Made by a program: the position numbers and the translations under genes. From an uncultured Gammaproteobacteria bacterium (GTDB lineage: Bacteria; Patescibacteriota; Patescibacteriia; UBA10025; JAHIVO01): a DNA stretch of 64,000 nucleotides. Location: contig CAYPXF010000004.1 in assembly GCA_964415025.1 (NCBI GenBank), positions 9,138-73,137 of the forward strand. The letters run 5' to 3'. Shown here piece by piece: positions 36,537 through 47,200 of this stretch; the stretch's first letter is position 1, and each line of letters opens with the position of its first letter. The notes beneath the pieces were generated by a model. The model had not been told where the DNA came from. It ran no database searches and was given only the letters and a program-made list of their open reading frames with translations.

Positions 36537-37451
36537 TTATGATGATAATAATGTGTCCAGCGAAACAATCTGATACCCCTGCTCCTGAAACGCACTGATC
36601 AGGTCAGGCACAATAGCTGCAGTAATAGCATTACTGGCCTGCATCAGGATAATAGCGCCCGGGCCGGCATTATCCAGCACCCGCTCCAAAGATTGTTCAG
36701 CCGTATAGTCTGACGACCAATCCAGCGCATCAATCGTCCAGGTAACCGGACAATACCCGCTTTCCTGCACAGCAGAAAGGACTTCGTCATCCACGGCGCC
36801 ATATGGCGGACGAAAAAACGGTTTGGTAGAAATACCGGTCGCCTCACTGATAGCCGCATCTGCCCGGGACAGCTCTTCCGCGGTCTCTGCGGCCGTGAGC
36901 TCGGTAAACCGCGGATGGCTATAGCTTAGGTTATATATCGGAAAACTAGCCTGGCTTACCTGGGTAATCAAATCAGGATTTTCTTCAGCCACGTCACCGC
37001 GTGCGAAAAAATCCGCCGGCACGCCGGCTCCTGTTAAGGACTCCAGTACACTTTGTATTTCACCCTCAGCCGCAGTGCCAATATTAAATGTCAAAACAAC
37101 CTGATCTCCGCTCCCCCGTGAAAAAATTGCGGTACAATCATCACTGACAGTGAAGCTGGTTGGGACATGGCTGCTATTGTCGGTATTTGTATTGATGTTA
37201 GTATTAGCGTCCGTATTCACCAGACCATTTGTATTTGCTGTCTGACTAGTATTGCTGTTTTCATTACTGTTGGCTACCGGTGCTGTGTCCGGCAGATTAG
37301 ATTCTACTGATGTTGGCGTACTAAATAATGCCCGGCCAATAAAATATAATACGACCAGGATGAAGCCAAGGAGCAAAATCCGAACCACGCGGATTTTCCG
37401 GGGTGGTTTTGGGGCATAGGTTGATCGCTGGTATTGTTTATAATTGGCCAT
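36537..37451 (-). CDS. Polysaccharide deacetylase (CE4 / NodB homology domain) with an N-terminal TM and an Asn/Thr-rich linker
   Basis: NodB-like motifs are present (VVLTFNIGTA, FFARG, YNLSYSHPRF, FRPPYG). Confidence 0.65.
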   Translation of the reverse strand: MANYKQYQRSTYAPKPPRKIRVVRILLLGFILVVLYFIGRALFSTPTSVESNLPDTAPVANSNENSNTSQTANTNGLVNTDANTNINTNTDNSSHVPTSFTVSDDCTAIFSRGSGDQVVLTFNIGTAAEGEIQSVLESLTGAGVPADFFARGDVAEENPDLITQVSQASFPIYNLSYSHPRFTELTAAETAEELSRADAAISEATGISTKPFFRPPYGAVDDEVLSAVQESGYCPVTWTIDALDWSSDYTAEQSLERVLDNAGPGAIILMQASNAITAAIVPDLISAFQEQGYQIVSLDTLLSS

Positions 37452-37530
37452 AAAACAGACCTATTTTGTTATTATATTAAAAAACAGACGATAAGTAAAA
37501 TTTCGCTTCGTATACCTGCCTATGAGATGG

Positions 37531-38016
37531 TTATTCGGTAGAATAGACGTCAGCAAAAATGAGGTTGATATAATCACCTGCCCGCACTACCACGGTATCA
37601 AGCGACCCTGTTACTCGTACGTTATTCACAAACACATGCCACGTATTGGCCGGTGGATATGCGGCAATGCCGTTAATAGCGCTGATACTGACTCCGTCAC
37701 TATCATACGCGAGCCGGACGCCAATATCGTGCTCTGTGCGCACCGCCTGTAGGAGTTTGGCAATCGTCATCGCTTCAGCTTCGATATTTATCATGGCCGT
37801 CGTGCGGTCACCGTAATCAATGCCGACTATCATCCGCTCGGTATGCGCCCCGGCAACAGTGCCTCGCGATAAGTCTACCGTACGGCTGCCTAATACTGCC
37901 ATCTGCGCTTCAGTTTGGTACGCGCTAATACCGATCATGGACAGGGCAATCACAAACACTGCTACCGCGATAGCGATGTATTCCCAATGCAATGCTGACG
38001 ATTGATGCTGTGCCAT
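37531..38016 (-). CDS. Hypothetical membrane-anchored extracytoplasmic protein (161 aa)
   Basis: It has an N-terminal TM (YIAIAVAVFVIALSMIGISAY). It directly follows nrdR on the minus strand. Confidence 0.45.
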   Translation of the reverse strand: MAQHQSSALHWEYIAIAVAVFVIALSMIGISAYQTEAQMAVLGSRTVDLSRGTVAGAHTERMIVGIDYGDRTTAMINIEAEAMTIAKLLQAVRTEHDIGVRLAYDSDGVSISAINGIAAYPPANTWHVFVNNVRVTGSLDTVVVRAGDYINLIFADVYSTE

Positions 38017-38031
38017 AATAATAGGTGATAA

Positions 38032-38490
38032 TTATTTTTTATTCTTAATAATTTTTTTCAGCTCGCGTTCAAACGTTTTGGCGTCCTTAAACGAGCGGTA
38101 AACCGAAGCAAACCGTATATAGGCCACTGCGTCCACTTTTCGCAAGTGTTTCATCACAATATCACCGATCCGACTGCTCTTGATTTCGTTTTTACCCTCG
38201 GTCTGGATATCACGTTCAATTTTATTGAGCAGTTTTTTAAATTCGTCCTGTGTTATCGGACGTTTTTCAAAAGATCGCTTTAATCCGGATTCAAGTTTTT
38301 CGCGATTATAGGGCTCTGTCCGGCCATCCCGCTTAATCACCGTGAGATTTAAAATCTCTGCTTCTTCATACGTGGAGAAACGAAATCCGCATTTGAGACA
38401 TTCCCGTCGACGGCGAATTGCCATCCCTTCATTAACCATGCGGGAGTCGATGACTTTTGTGTCAGTATGGTGGCAGGCAGGGCATTTCAT
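38032..38490 (-). CDS. nrdR: Transcriptional repressor NrdR
   Basis: The N-terminal zinc ribbon (MKCPAC...CLKCGFRF) and an ATP-cone are present. The protein is 152 aa long. Confidence 0.85.
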   Translation of the reverse strand: MKCPACHHTDTKVIDSRMVNEGMAIRRRRECLKCGFRFSTYEEAEILNLTVIKRDGRTEPYNREKLESGLKRSFEKRPITQDEFKKLLNKIERDIQTEGKNEIKSSRIGDIVMKHLRKVDAVAYIRFASVYRSFKDAKTFERELKKIIKNKK

Positions 38491-38538
38491 AAACGTGAGT
38501 GGTTACCTTATGCGACGGCGTTCCGTAAGTCTAGACGC

Positions 38539-39762
38539 TTACATCATTTTCTTACGTATAAAGGCTGGGATTTCCAGATCTTCGTCCTCCTGCTGTTCTT
38601 CGTCCGGCGATTGTGATTCGCGTGCCGGTTTTGGCTGGGGTGCCGGTTTTGGTTCAGGACGCTTTGGCTGGGGTGCCGGTTTTGGTTCTGGTTCACGTAC
38701 GCGTGATGAAGCAAAGGCTGATTCAGATTTTTGCGGCTCTGGCTCGCCAAAATTATACTCGATTGGCTTTACTTTTTTGACCGGGCGCTGTTTGCCGCCA
38801 AACCCGGTGGCGATGACGGTAATTTTTACCTGGTCTTTCATGTTCTCATCCACGACCGAACCAAAGATAACCCGTGCATTTGGGTCTGCCGAAGCGGTAA
38901 TAACCCGAGCCGCTTCATTGACCTCATACATGCCCAGGTCAGGACCGCCGGTCACAGTGAATAAAATACCTTTTGCCCCCTCTATTGAGAGTTCGAGCAG
39001 CGGGCTGTCAATAGCCGCTTTAGCCGCATCCACGGCGCGGTTGTCGCCAGTGCCCTGGCCTATGCCCATCAGTGCTGATCCCGCGCTTTCCATGATCGAT
39101 TTTACGTCGGCAAAATCAACATTAATCAGGCCGGGTACGGTAATCAGGTCAGAAATACCCTGAACGCCTTGGCGCAATACTTCATCAACCGTGGCAAAGG
39201 CATCGAGCAATGAAGTTTTCTTATCTATTATCTGCAGGATTCTATCATTGGGTATGGTAATCAGCGTATCGACCTTATCATTCAGCTCACCGAGTCCTTC
39301 TTCAGCGATAGCTTTGCGCTGCGCCCCCTCAAAGGCGAACGGTTTCGTAACCACGGCCACGGTCAAGGCGCCAGCATCGCGTGCCAAATCAGCAATCAGC
39401 GGTGATGCGCCAGTGCCAGTACCACCGCCCAGTCCGCAGGTAATAAAAACCATGTCAGTGCCTTTGAGCGAGTTTTGCACCTCTTCCTGGTTCTCTTCGA
39501 CTGCCCTGCGGCCAAGCTCTGGATCCATACCGGCGCCCAGTCCGCGTGTGGTATCGCGTCCGACATGGATTTTCTGCGCCGCCCGAGAATGATGCAGTGC
39601 CTGGGCATCCGTGTTAACTGCTAAAAAATCGACCCCGCGAATCTTATCGCTGATCATCCGGTCAATAGCCGCGCCGCCGGAACCGCCCACGCCGATAACT
39701 TTAATTTTGGCAAAAGTTTCAATTTCTGGTTTTATTTCCCGATTATTAGTTCGCTGGGCCAT
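38539..39762 (-). CDS. ftsZ: Cell division GTPase FtsZ, with a Pro/Ala/Lys-rich C-terminal linker
   Basis: The tubulin signature GGGTGTGA and the N-terminal GVGGSGG are present. The C-terminal repeats read EPKPAPQPKRPEPKPAPQPK. Confidence 0.9.
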   Translation of the reverse strand: MAQRTNNREIKPEIETFAKIKVIGVGGSGGAAIDRMISDKIRGVDFLAVNTDAQALHHSRAAQKIHVGRDTTRGLGAGMDPELGRRAVEENQEEVQNSLKGTDMVFITCGLGGGTGTGASPLIADLARDAGALTVAVVTKPFAFEGAQRKAIAEEGLGELNDKVDTLITIPNDRILQIIDKKTSLLDAFATVDEVLRQGVQGISDLITVPGLINVDFADVKSIMESAGSALMGIGQGTGDNRAVDAAKAAIDSPLLELSIEGAKGILFTVTGGPDLGMYEVNEAARVITASADPNARVIFGSVVDENMKDQVKITVIATGFGGKQRPVKKVKPIEYNFGEPEPQKSESAFASSRVREPEPKPAPQPKRPEPKPAPQPKPARESQSPDEEQQEDEDLEIPAFIRKKMM

Positions 39763-39781
39763 ATAGTATGAAAATTACAAA

Positions 39782-41035
39782 TTAAGGTATTAATGATTTG
39801 AACCATTGCTTCATCTTATTAGTCGCTTCTGAAACAGAGGTAACTTTTGAAAAGGCGCGTCGGCCGCTGTCATTGCCGCCCGTGTAAAAACCAAGCCCCC
39901 AGTGCAACAAGCCAACCGCAGTGGAAAAAACCGGATCGTTTACTTTATCAACAGCTGTAGTAGCCAGGTCAACCGGCTGACCAATAGCGGCTGGCAGTTT
40001 GAACTGTTTTTTAGCTACCTCTACCAGGCCGGGTAGTTTCGCGCCGCCACCGGTCATGATTACGCCAGCCGGCAGTAATCCAGAACGGTCAATCTTTTGC
40101 AGCTCCTTATCAGCCATGGTAAATATTTCCTCACAGCGTGCTTCTATAATTTCCGCCACGTGCTTGCGTGACACCATGCCTTCTTCACGGGAATCAATTT
40201 CCTCGAGGCTGATTTCGTCACGCTTATTGATCTCCGCGGGCAGTGCGGAGCCGTGTTCGATTTTAATTTTTTCTGCAATATCAATCGAGGTGCGCAAGCC
40301 AATAGCGATATCGTTCGTAATATGCGATGAACCGATGGGAATGATCGCGCTGTGCAGGACGTCTCCCTCTTCAAACACCAGCAGGCTGGTAGTCGCGCCA
40401 CCGACATTGAGAAAAGCCACACCGAGATCTTTTTGTTTCTTGGTCAGGACTGCCTCTGACGCGGCCAGTACACCGAGTACCAGATCGTCAATGTGGATAC
40501 CGGTACGGTAGATGCATTTGGTCAGATTCTTAATCTGTGATGACAGTCCCTGGATGATCTGCGCATCAACCTCCAGACGGATGCCGGTCATGCCGATGGG
40601 ATCCTTGACGCCTTTTTGGTTATCGACGGTAAAACTCCGCGGCACCACGTGAAGAATTTCATAATTTGGCGGTGTGGCGACCGCTTGGGCCGCTTCAATT
40701 ACCCGCTCGACGTCATCCTCCTTAATCTCGCCGTCGGATTTTGATACCGCGATAACCCCGTGTGAATCCTGGGATGTAATATGATTACCATTAATACCCA
40801 CAAAAGCATGCTCAACAGGTATGCCGGTCATGCGTTCCGCGTTTTCCAGGGCGCTTGATATGGCTGAAACCGCGTCCTCAATACTCGTGATCGCCCCTTT
40901 GCTCACGCCTTCAGCCGAGCTTTCAGCAGCGCCAAGTACTTGGATTTTATTGTCATGGGGATTGATTTGGCCAACAACAATACGTATTGTCGTAGAACCG
41001 ATATCAAGACCTGTTAGTATGTCTTCTTTTGCCAT
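39782..41035 (-). CDS. ftsA: Cell division protein FtsA
   Basis: It has an actin-like ATPase fold with N-terminal LDIGSTTIRIVVGQ and lies immediately upstream of ftsZ. Confidence 0.9.
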   Translation of the reverse strand: MAKEDILTGLDIGSTTIRIVVGQINPHDNKIQVLGAAESSAEGVSKGAITSIEDAVSAISSALENAERMTGIPVEHAFVGINGNHITSQDSHGVIAVSKSDGEIKEDDVERVIEAAQAVATPPNYEILHVVPRSFTVDNQKGVKDPIGMTGIRLEVDAQIIQGLSSQIKNLTKCIYRTGIHIDDLVLGVLAASEAVLTKKQKDLGVAFLNVGGATTSLLVFEEGDVLHSAIIPIGSSHITNDIAIGLRTSIDIAEKIKIEHGSALPAEINKRDEISLEEIDSREEGMVSRKHVAEIIEARCEEIFTMADKELQKIDRSGLLPAGVIMTGGGAKLPGLVEVAKKQFKLPAAIGQPVDLATTAVDKVNDPVFSTAVGLLHWGLGFYTGGNDSGRRAFSKVTSVSEATNKMKQWFKSLIP

Positions 41036-41084
41036 AGTGAAAGCGGTAATAGTATGTTATGAGTTATAGCTGTATTATAAAATA

Positions 41085-41114
41085 TATTATACAATCATGC
41101 AATGCGCCGGGTCA
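41085..41114 (-). promoter_or_regulatory. Candidate promoter for ftsA-ftsZ with an extended -10: TTGACC, 16-nt spacer, TGTATAAT (minus sense)
   Basis: On the minus strand TTGACC lies at 41114-41109 and TGnTATAAT at 41092-41085, about 50 nt upstream of the ftsA ATG. Confidence 0.45.
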
Positions 41115-41153
41115 AACTGAACACATAATTTATACAAGACCGCTTTCAAACCA

Positions 41154-41522
41154 TCAGTAGGGCCATACATACGGTGCAAAAATCAGGATTCCGATAATAA
41201 CCGCACCAACCGTAGCGACAAGCACTGCCGCGGCCATAATATCTTTTATTACCTGCACATAAAAGTGGATTCGTGGCCGTAGCACGTCCACTAATTTTTC
41301 AAACACCGTATTAATCAGCTCTAGAATGATGACCAGCGACATTACCAAAAATAAAATAATAGCCTGCCATAGCGCCACCTGCAAATAAATCATCAAAATA
41401 ATAACTACTGCGCTGACGATCAGATGGATGCGGATGTTTTGTTCACTTTTAAACACGAACCAAAACCCCCGCATGGCATAGCGGAAACTTTTTCCTAACC
41501 TTTTATAATCTATGATTGCCAT
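41154..41522 (-). CDS. dgkA: Diacylglycerol kinase / undecaprenol kinase (DgkA family). The likely start is the ATG at 41522.
   Basis: It has three TM helices and the prokaryotic DAGK motif LELINTVFEKLVD. It follows ybeY, which is conserved synteny. Confidence 0.7.
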   Translation of the reverse strand: MAIIDYKRLGKSFRYAMRGFWFVFKSEQNIRIHLIVSAVVIILMIYLQVALWQAIILFLVMSLVIILELINTVFEKLVDVLRPRIHFYVQVIKDIMAAAVLVATVGAVIIGILIFAPYVWPY

Positions 41523-41527
41523 ATGGC

Positions 41528-41968
41528 TTATGATTTGTGGAGCTGTTCCATGATACACGCTTCCAGTCGCTTCATCCGACGGGCAGCAGCTGCCTGATGG
41601 TGATCATGCCCCAGCAGATGCAGTAATCCGTGTGCCAATAAAAATACTATTTCCTCGCTAATTGGTTTATCCTGCTCGCGTGCCTGACGCCGTGCGCGCG
41701 GGTAGGCTATTATAATCTCGCCGAGATAGCCAGTCGACTGGCTCGGCATCGGAGCAGAATCCTGTTCTGCAAAAGACAATACGTCAGTGACCCGATCCTG
41801 ATTACGGTAACGTCTGTTCATGTCTCTGATAGCATGGCTGGAGACAAAAGCCACAGAGACATTGGCCTCCTGGATTCGGGGAAGGCACTGCGCTGCCGCG
41901 TCAAATAACTTGGTAATTAACTGTTTGGGTACGCGGTACTTCCCTGCTTGTGCGATCTCGACCTGCAT
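41528..41968 (-). CDS. ybeY: rRNA maturation endoribonuclease YbeY
   Basis: A zinc-binding H..H....H motif is present (LAHGLLHLLGHDHH). The protein is 146 aa long. Confidence 0.85.
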   Translation of the reverse strand: MQVEIAQAGKYRVPKQLITKLFDAAAQCLPRIQEANVSVAFVSSHAIRDMNRRYRNQDRVTDVLSFAEQDSAPMPSQSTGYLGEIIIAYPRARRQAREQDKPISEEIVFLLAHGLLHLLGHDHHQAAAARRMKRLEACIMEQLHKS

Positions 41969-43078
41969 TTAGAGATAAAACTGATTGGTATTGTTTGTGT
42001 TTTGGTTTGTGTTAGTGTTGGTGTTAGAGTTTGCGTTGGTGGCGTAATTGATATTGATGATGCTGTTTGTATTTACGTTCGCAGTGCTATTAGTATTGGA
42101 ATTGGTATTGGCGATACCAAAACTGCGGTACATCATGGTAAAGGTAGACAGGTATGCCGCCTCGCTTAAAATATTGATATTATAACTGATCACATATGCA
42201 CTGACGCCATGCGTGTAGTACACGGTCAGGCCATCCAGGCTTTTGACGCCAGTCAGGGTGTTATCCCAATTCCGCACTGATTCTATCTGTGCCGAGCTAA
42301 TGCCGGGCGACTTGGAAATATACCAATCACGGGCTGACAGCCGTGCTGGATTATCCTGGACACTGACGCTGATAAATTCCCCGGTCGTCGTGAATATTTT
42401 ACCACTGGGGTTTTGGGGATCGTCTCCTACTGTCCAGTCAGACGGATAGTACAGCGTAAACGGGTCACTGGCACTGACATGGCGGGTAACACCTGTATTC
42501 AGGGCGATTTCCCCGGACCCGTTGGGATTATAGCCATTAATAATCTCCTGGCCGTCGCTATAGCTGTCGCCATCTGTGTCTGGTACTGATACTTTTGTGC
42601 CGTACAGCCCCTCTTCAGCATCAGTCAGATTATCCTGGTCAGTATCAACAGCACTGGCTACTTGATTGACATTCCCTATCGTGTTGGTCGCAGTGTTGGT
42701 ATGTTGGTTTGTATTTTCGAAGATATTCACCATATTTGTACCGGCATTTGTATTACTGGCCGCGTTAATATTGGCAACAGTGTTGGTATTGGCGTTTTGG
42801 TTTTGATTGGTGTTAGTATTGGCGGCATTAGCCGTATTTACTTGATTCGTAGTGTTGACGGCTGTATTAGTATTAGTTTGTTCGCCATCTCCCATAGTCT
42901 GCCATAAATAATAACCTCCCCCGCCGAGTACGAGCAGGATAATGATGATAATGCTGACGATGAGGAACGTTTTGTTACTGCCGCTTTTTTTGCTGTCATC
43001 CGTATAAAACTTTTCCGGCATAGTGTGGATGCGGGCTTTTTTACCTGAAGGCTGACCTGGTGATGTCGTATCGGCCAT
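41969..43078 (-). CDS. Hypothetical membrane-anchored protein with Asn/Thr-rich low-complexity tracts and one TSP3-like Ca-binding motif
   Basis: It has an N-terminal TM, NTNT.N low-complexity runs and a DTDGDSYSDGQE motif. Confidence 0.5.
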   Translation of the reverse strand: MADTTSPGQPSGKKARIHTMPEKFYTDDSKKSGSNKTFLIVSIIIIILLVLGGGGYYLWQTMGDGEQTNTNTAVNTTNQVNTANAANTNTNQNQNANTNTVANINAASNTNAGTNMVNIFENTNQHTNTATNTIGNVNQVASAVDTDQDNLTDAEEGLYGTKVSVPDTDGDSYSDGQEIINGYNPNGSGEIALNTGVTRHVSASDPFTLYYPSDWTVGDDPQNPSGKIFTTTGEFISVSVQDNPARLSARDWYISKSPGISSAQIESVRNWDNTLTGVKSLDGLTVYYTHGVSAYVISYNINILSEAAYLSTFTMMYRSFGIANTNSNTNSTANVNTNSIININYATNANSNTNTNTNQNTNNTNQFYL

Positions 43079-43096
43079 ACTATATGATTATGTTAG

Positions 43097-43717
43097 TTAT
43101 TGATTATTATTGGCGATCCCGGCCTGCAGATCAAGCAATTCGCCGGTTCCGAGCGGATTATACCCGTTGCTGACCTCGGTACCATCCATGTTACCGTCGC
43201 CGTCTGTATCCGGATTTAGAGGATCTGTCTGGTATACTTTTATTTCCTCACGGTCAAACAGTCCGTCACGGTCTGTATCAATGCTGCGCGGATCAGTACC
43301 GTACTCGGCTTCCTCTGCGTCCGAAAGGCCGTCACCGTCTTCGTCTATCTCCTGCGCCTGCACCGTAGGCAATACTGCCGGGGAGCCTCCCTGATCAGCC
43401 ACCCCCGTATCACTAACCGTTACCGGTCTATTCGTATCGGCAACAGTATTTGGCTCTTCATCATTCAGAAATAAGCTGGCTACAATGGTAGCTAATCCCA
43501 ATACTACTAGTATAACAAATATGATAACCAGCACAAAAGGAATGCGTTTATTCCGCTTTTTCGGGCGGATTGTCGGCTGGGGTGCTGACTGTTCGGCTGC
43601 CTGTTGTTGGCCGCGCGGTGCGGTGGGCGGCGGCGCAACTGGCTGCCGTCCTTTTTCTACATCAGCGAAAATATCCTCCGGTTCCTGTTTTTTATTGTTA
43701 CGTTTCTGCGCTGTCAT
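43097..43717 (-). CDS. Membrane-anchored protein with thrombospondin type-3-like calcium-binding repeats
   Basis: It has an N-terminal TM and repeated D.D.DG..D motifs (DEDGDGLSDAEE, DTDRDGLFDREE, DTDGDGNMDGTE). Confidence 0.55.
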   Translation of the reverse strand: MTAQKRNNKKQEPEDIFADVEKGRQPVAPPPTAPRGQQQAAEQSAPQPTIRPKKRNKRIPFVLVIIFVILVVLGLATIVASLFLNDEEPNTVADTNRPVTVSDTGVADQGGSPAVLPTVQAQEIDEDGDGLSDAEEAEYGTDPRSIDTDRDGLFDREEIKVYQTDPLNPDTDGDGNMDGTEVSNGYNPLGTGELLDLQAGIANNNQ

Positions 43718-43727
43718 GTAGCGGAAT

Positions 43728-44294
43728 TTAATTCAGGGGGTCGTGCCCGCTGTTAATCTCAACATTGTCATCAAATCCATCATCATCCGAGTCGATTTTC
43801 AGCGGATCTGTTTTATAAATAATCAATTCGTCATAATCAGACAATGTGTCTCCGTCAGTGTCTGGCTTCAGAGGATTTGTGCCATATTCCACTTCCCCTC
43901 CATCAAGCCAGCCGTCATAATCCGAATCCTGATTTTCCGGATCAGTGCCGATATTTTTCTCTTCCTGATCGCTGATACCGTCAAAATCACTATCCGTAGG
44001 CCTCGTATCTTCAGTAATCTTTAACGTGGAAACTACTTGCCCATATTCATCGTGGGAATACTGTATTGTCCCCTCAATACCGGCCGGAATATTGTATTCC
44101 ACGCGTTCCTGGTCAGTAATATCACGATTCTCCGGAAGCGGCGCTCTATCGACATTACCTAAAGCAGCGGTATTGGTATTTGTATTGTTTTCATTATCTG
44201 GTGCTTCGCGCTGTACGGAAAAAAATACAATCGCCGCAATACCTATAACCAGTAAAACTCCTATTATAATTAAAAATGTTTGTTTCATCTTCAT
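43728..44294 (-). CDS. Paralogous TSP3-repeat calcium-binding protein
   Basis: It has an N-terminal TM and repeats DSDFDGISDQEE, DSDYDGWLDGGE, DTDGDTLSDYDE and DSDDDGFDDNVE. Confidence 0.55.
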   Translation of the reverse strand: MKMKQTFLIIIGVLLVIGIAAIVFFSVQREAPDNENNTNTNTAALGNVDRAPLPENRDITDQERVEYNIPAGIEGTIQYSHDEYGQVVSTLKITEDTRPTDSDFDGISDQEEKNIGTDPENQDSDYDGWLDGGEVEYGTNPLKPDTDGDTLSDYDELIIYKTDPLKIDSDDDGFDDNVEINSGHDPLN

Positions 44295-44297
44295 AAA

Positions 44298-47200
44298 TTA
44301 AAATGGACAGTCGTTGTTTTTTAATAAACAGCAACAATAATTAAAGCAACCTGGTAAAGTATCATCGGGAGGCGAACATTCGTATTTCTGGTCGCCGCAT
44401 TCTCCTTTAGTGGCGACGCACATTTCGCCTGATACATTTGTCGGGCCAAAGCTCTTATCACACTCATAGGCACACCAGTCCGTCCCGCAGTCATCAGGGC
44501 ACGTATTGGGATCTTCTACAATATAGTCGCAGACACCGTCACCGCAGTACCGATTGCATCTATTGGTGCCCGTATTGCACGTCGTTTCGATAACGCACTG
44601 ACTATTGTCGACACAGCAGTAATCCCGATCACCACGATACGGCATTCCCATGATATCCATATTTGCACTGCTAGCATTTGGTGTATATGTGCTTACCTGC
44701 CGATTAACTTCGTTCCAGCTGCCGAAACCACCCGCGGTAGAAAACGTGAACCGAGCTATCTGCCACCACGGATAGGCAGCACATGTTAGGTCTGGGGTCA
44801 CTGAATATATTGGCGTGGTAGCTTGGTTTTTTACTTCTACTGTAACATCTGACGTCCAACTGCCACCCGAATTATTTCGGCCATACAAATCATAGCGGAT
44901 TCCCGCAATAGTTGCTTGAACCAAGAGTATTTCTTTGAGCTCAGGATTGGCACTATTGTTATTAGCCACATAGACGATGCCGGGAGCGCTATCACTAACT
45001 GCTGAAGCGATGCCTTGGTCTTCGATCATGAGATATTCATTTACAATAGCTGGCGCGCCGGTAGAACTAATATCAATACGATAGCTATAGTCCAGACAGA
45101 CATTACTTTTGCAAACACCATTACGCAAACTGCCTGAAATTCTGCAGTCTTTTCCGTCCGGCTGACCAGTACAGCCTAATGTGCAGCTGCTAAAATCATA
45201 GGTGCATTCCTGGGCGCTACCCGGCGCAACACAGCCTAGAGTTCCGCCAGCATATCCAAAATCTTCACATGTCATGCCATTTAGATTACTGCCGTCGCAA
45301 TCTTCATTTGGATCAATAGTTATATTACCGCAATTAGAAGCCATGGCATATTGACAGATAGCATTACAGGTTCCTCCATTAACACACGTATCTGTAGTGC
45401 CAGAATTACCGTCATCGCAATCCGCATCGTTCTGACAACGGTATGCGCAGTTTCCGCTACAACACATGTTATTTAACGGTCCACACGCCGGCTCGAGCAC
45501 GTTGTGACGATCAGTAGCTAGCTGGCATGACCCGCCAGAGCACTGGTCTCCTGTAGTGCACGGATTACCATCATCACATGATGCATTATTAGCGCTGTGC
45601 GTACACGTACCTCCCTGACACGTATCGTCTGTACATACATTACCATCATCTGTACAGGTAGTACCGTCCGGCTGGCCAGAGCATTCGCCACAGCTGGCGG
45701 TCGTCATACAAATTGGCGGACTGCCACAGCACAGCTGGCCCGTGCCGCAGGAAGTACCCTCGGCTACTGGCGTATGGCTACAGCTGCCGTCAGCCTCGCA
45801 CTGATCATTGGTACAGGGGTCAGTATCGGCACACCAGCCGTCAGGATCAGCCTGGGCATTACAGTCAACGCAGCATGTCTGGTACAAATCAGAAAAGCCG
45901 GATTGACACGTGGCATTACATTGAATTGTGCCGCTTGTGTTCATGCAGTATACCTGTGCCTGCCCGTAATCCTGACACGCTACCGTGCCGCCGTAACAAG
46001 AACTACCCAGAGTACAATCCCCTTTCCACCGCGGAAAACTGCAATCATTTATTTTCTCAAAGGTGTCATCTACCCACACGCCACCAACGCAAGTTTGAGT
46101 TTTTTGACTGCCCACACACTGGGTATCACCGTCAGTACACGTAGTCGCGCAATCAGAATCAGCCATATCTATAGCACCATCACAATCATCGTCCAGACTA
46201 TTGAAACACTCTTCCTGGGTAGGATAAATAGCGCCAATACATGATCCCCAATTACCGGCAGCCGTACACGTCTGCGTACCGAAACTGCATTCACCCACAT
46301 CAGTCTGTCCGCATTGGCGCGTATCATTAGGCGTGCATTCGGTACACGAGCAGGTGCAATTGTTGCATTGCGGTACGCCTGTACCACAGCTGCAGTCTGA
46401 AGCAGCTTCACACTGTTCATTACATTCGATTATACCATTACCGCAAGTCGCATCTACACACTGACTTTCGTTAAACCGGCATTCATTCCCCGCGCCAGCC
46501 TCGACACATTCCAAATCACCGCAGTCATATCCCAGGGTAACGCATGATTGGCCGTTGAGATCTTCGCCGTCACATTCCTCGCCAAGGTGCGGGGTAACGA
46601 TGCCGTCACCGCACATGGGCGCGCCGCCGCCGCGGATATTGAGCCTGATTTCGATGGCCTCACTGCGGTTGCCGGCCGCGTCGATCGCGTCCACCTGGAA
46701 GGTATGCCAGCCGGCCGAAATCTTTTCCGGGTCAAATGTCCAGGCATAGTCTGGCGCCACGTCAGTGTGGCGGATAATATAATCCCGGTAAAAATTAACC
46801 TGTACAATGCCGATATTATCGGTGGCATCGACGGTCAGTGTGGTATTGCCAAATACGTCAGCGCCATAGACCGGTGTCTGCGGCCGGGTAAAGACAACCC
46901 GCGGTTTTTCATTATCATCAGCCGTATTGTTTATAATCACATTGATCTGTCCAGCGGCGGTATTGCCCGCATCATCATAGGCAATCACCGTCAGCCGGTG
47001 CGGCGCATTAGTAAACTGCCCGATCTGCCAATCCCACGACCAAGTATTCGCACCCTCGTCTATTGTGGCATTGCCCCGTAAAATATCATCCACATATACC
47101 TCGACCCGATTAACGTGCTGGTCATCAGTTACCGAGCCGGTCGCCGTAATATTCGCATTAAGTGTTTGACCGTTTGTCGGCGTGTCAATGCTGACTGACG

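Noticed and set aside
41969-43078. Repetitive DNA (ATTGGTATT, GTTAGTGTTGGTGTT runs) that resembles a CRISPR-like array
   Set aside because: The repeats are irregular and sit inside an ORF. They encode Asn/Thr-rich low-complexity protein sequence, and no spacer-repeat periodicity exists.
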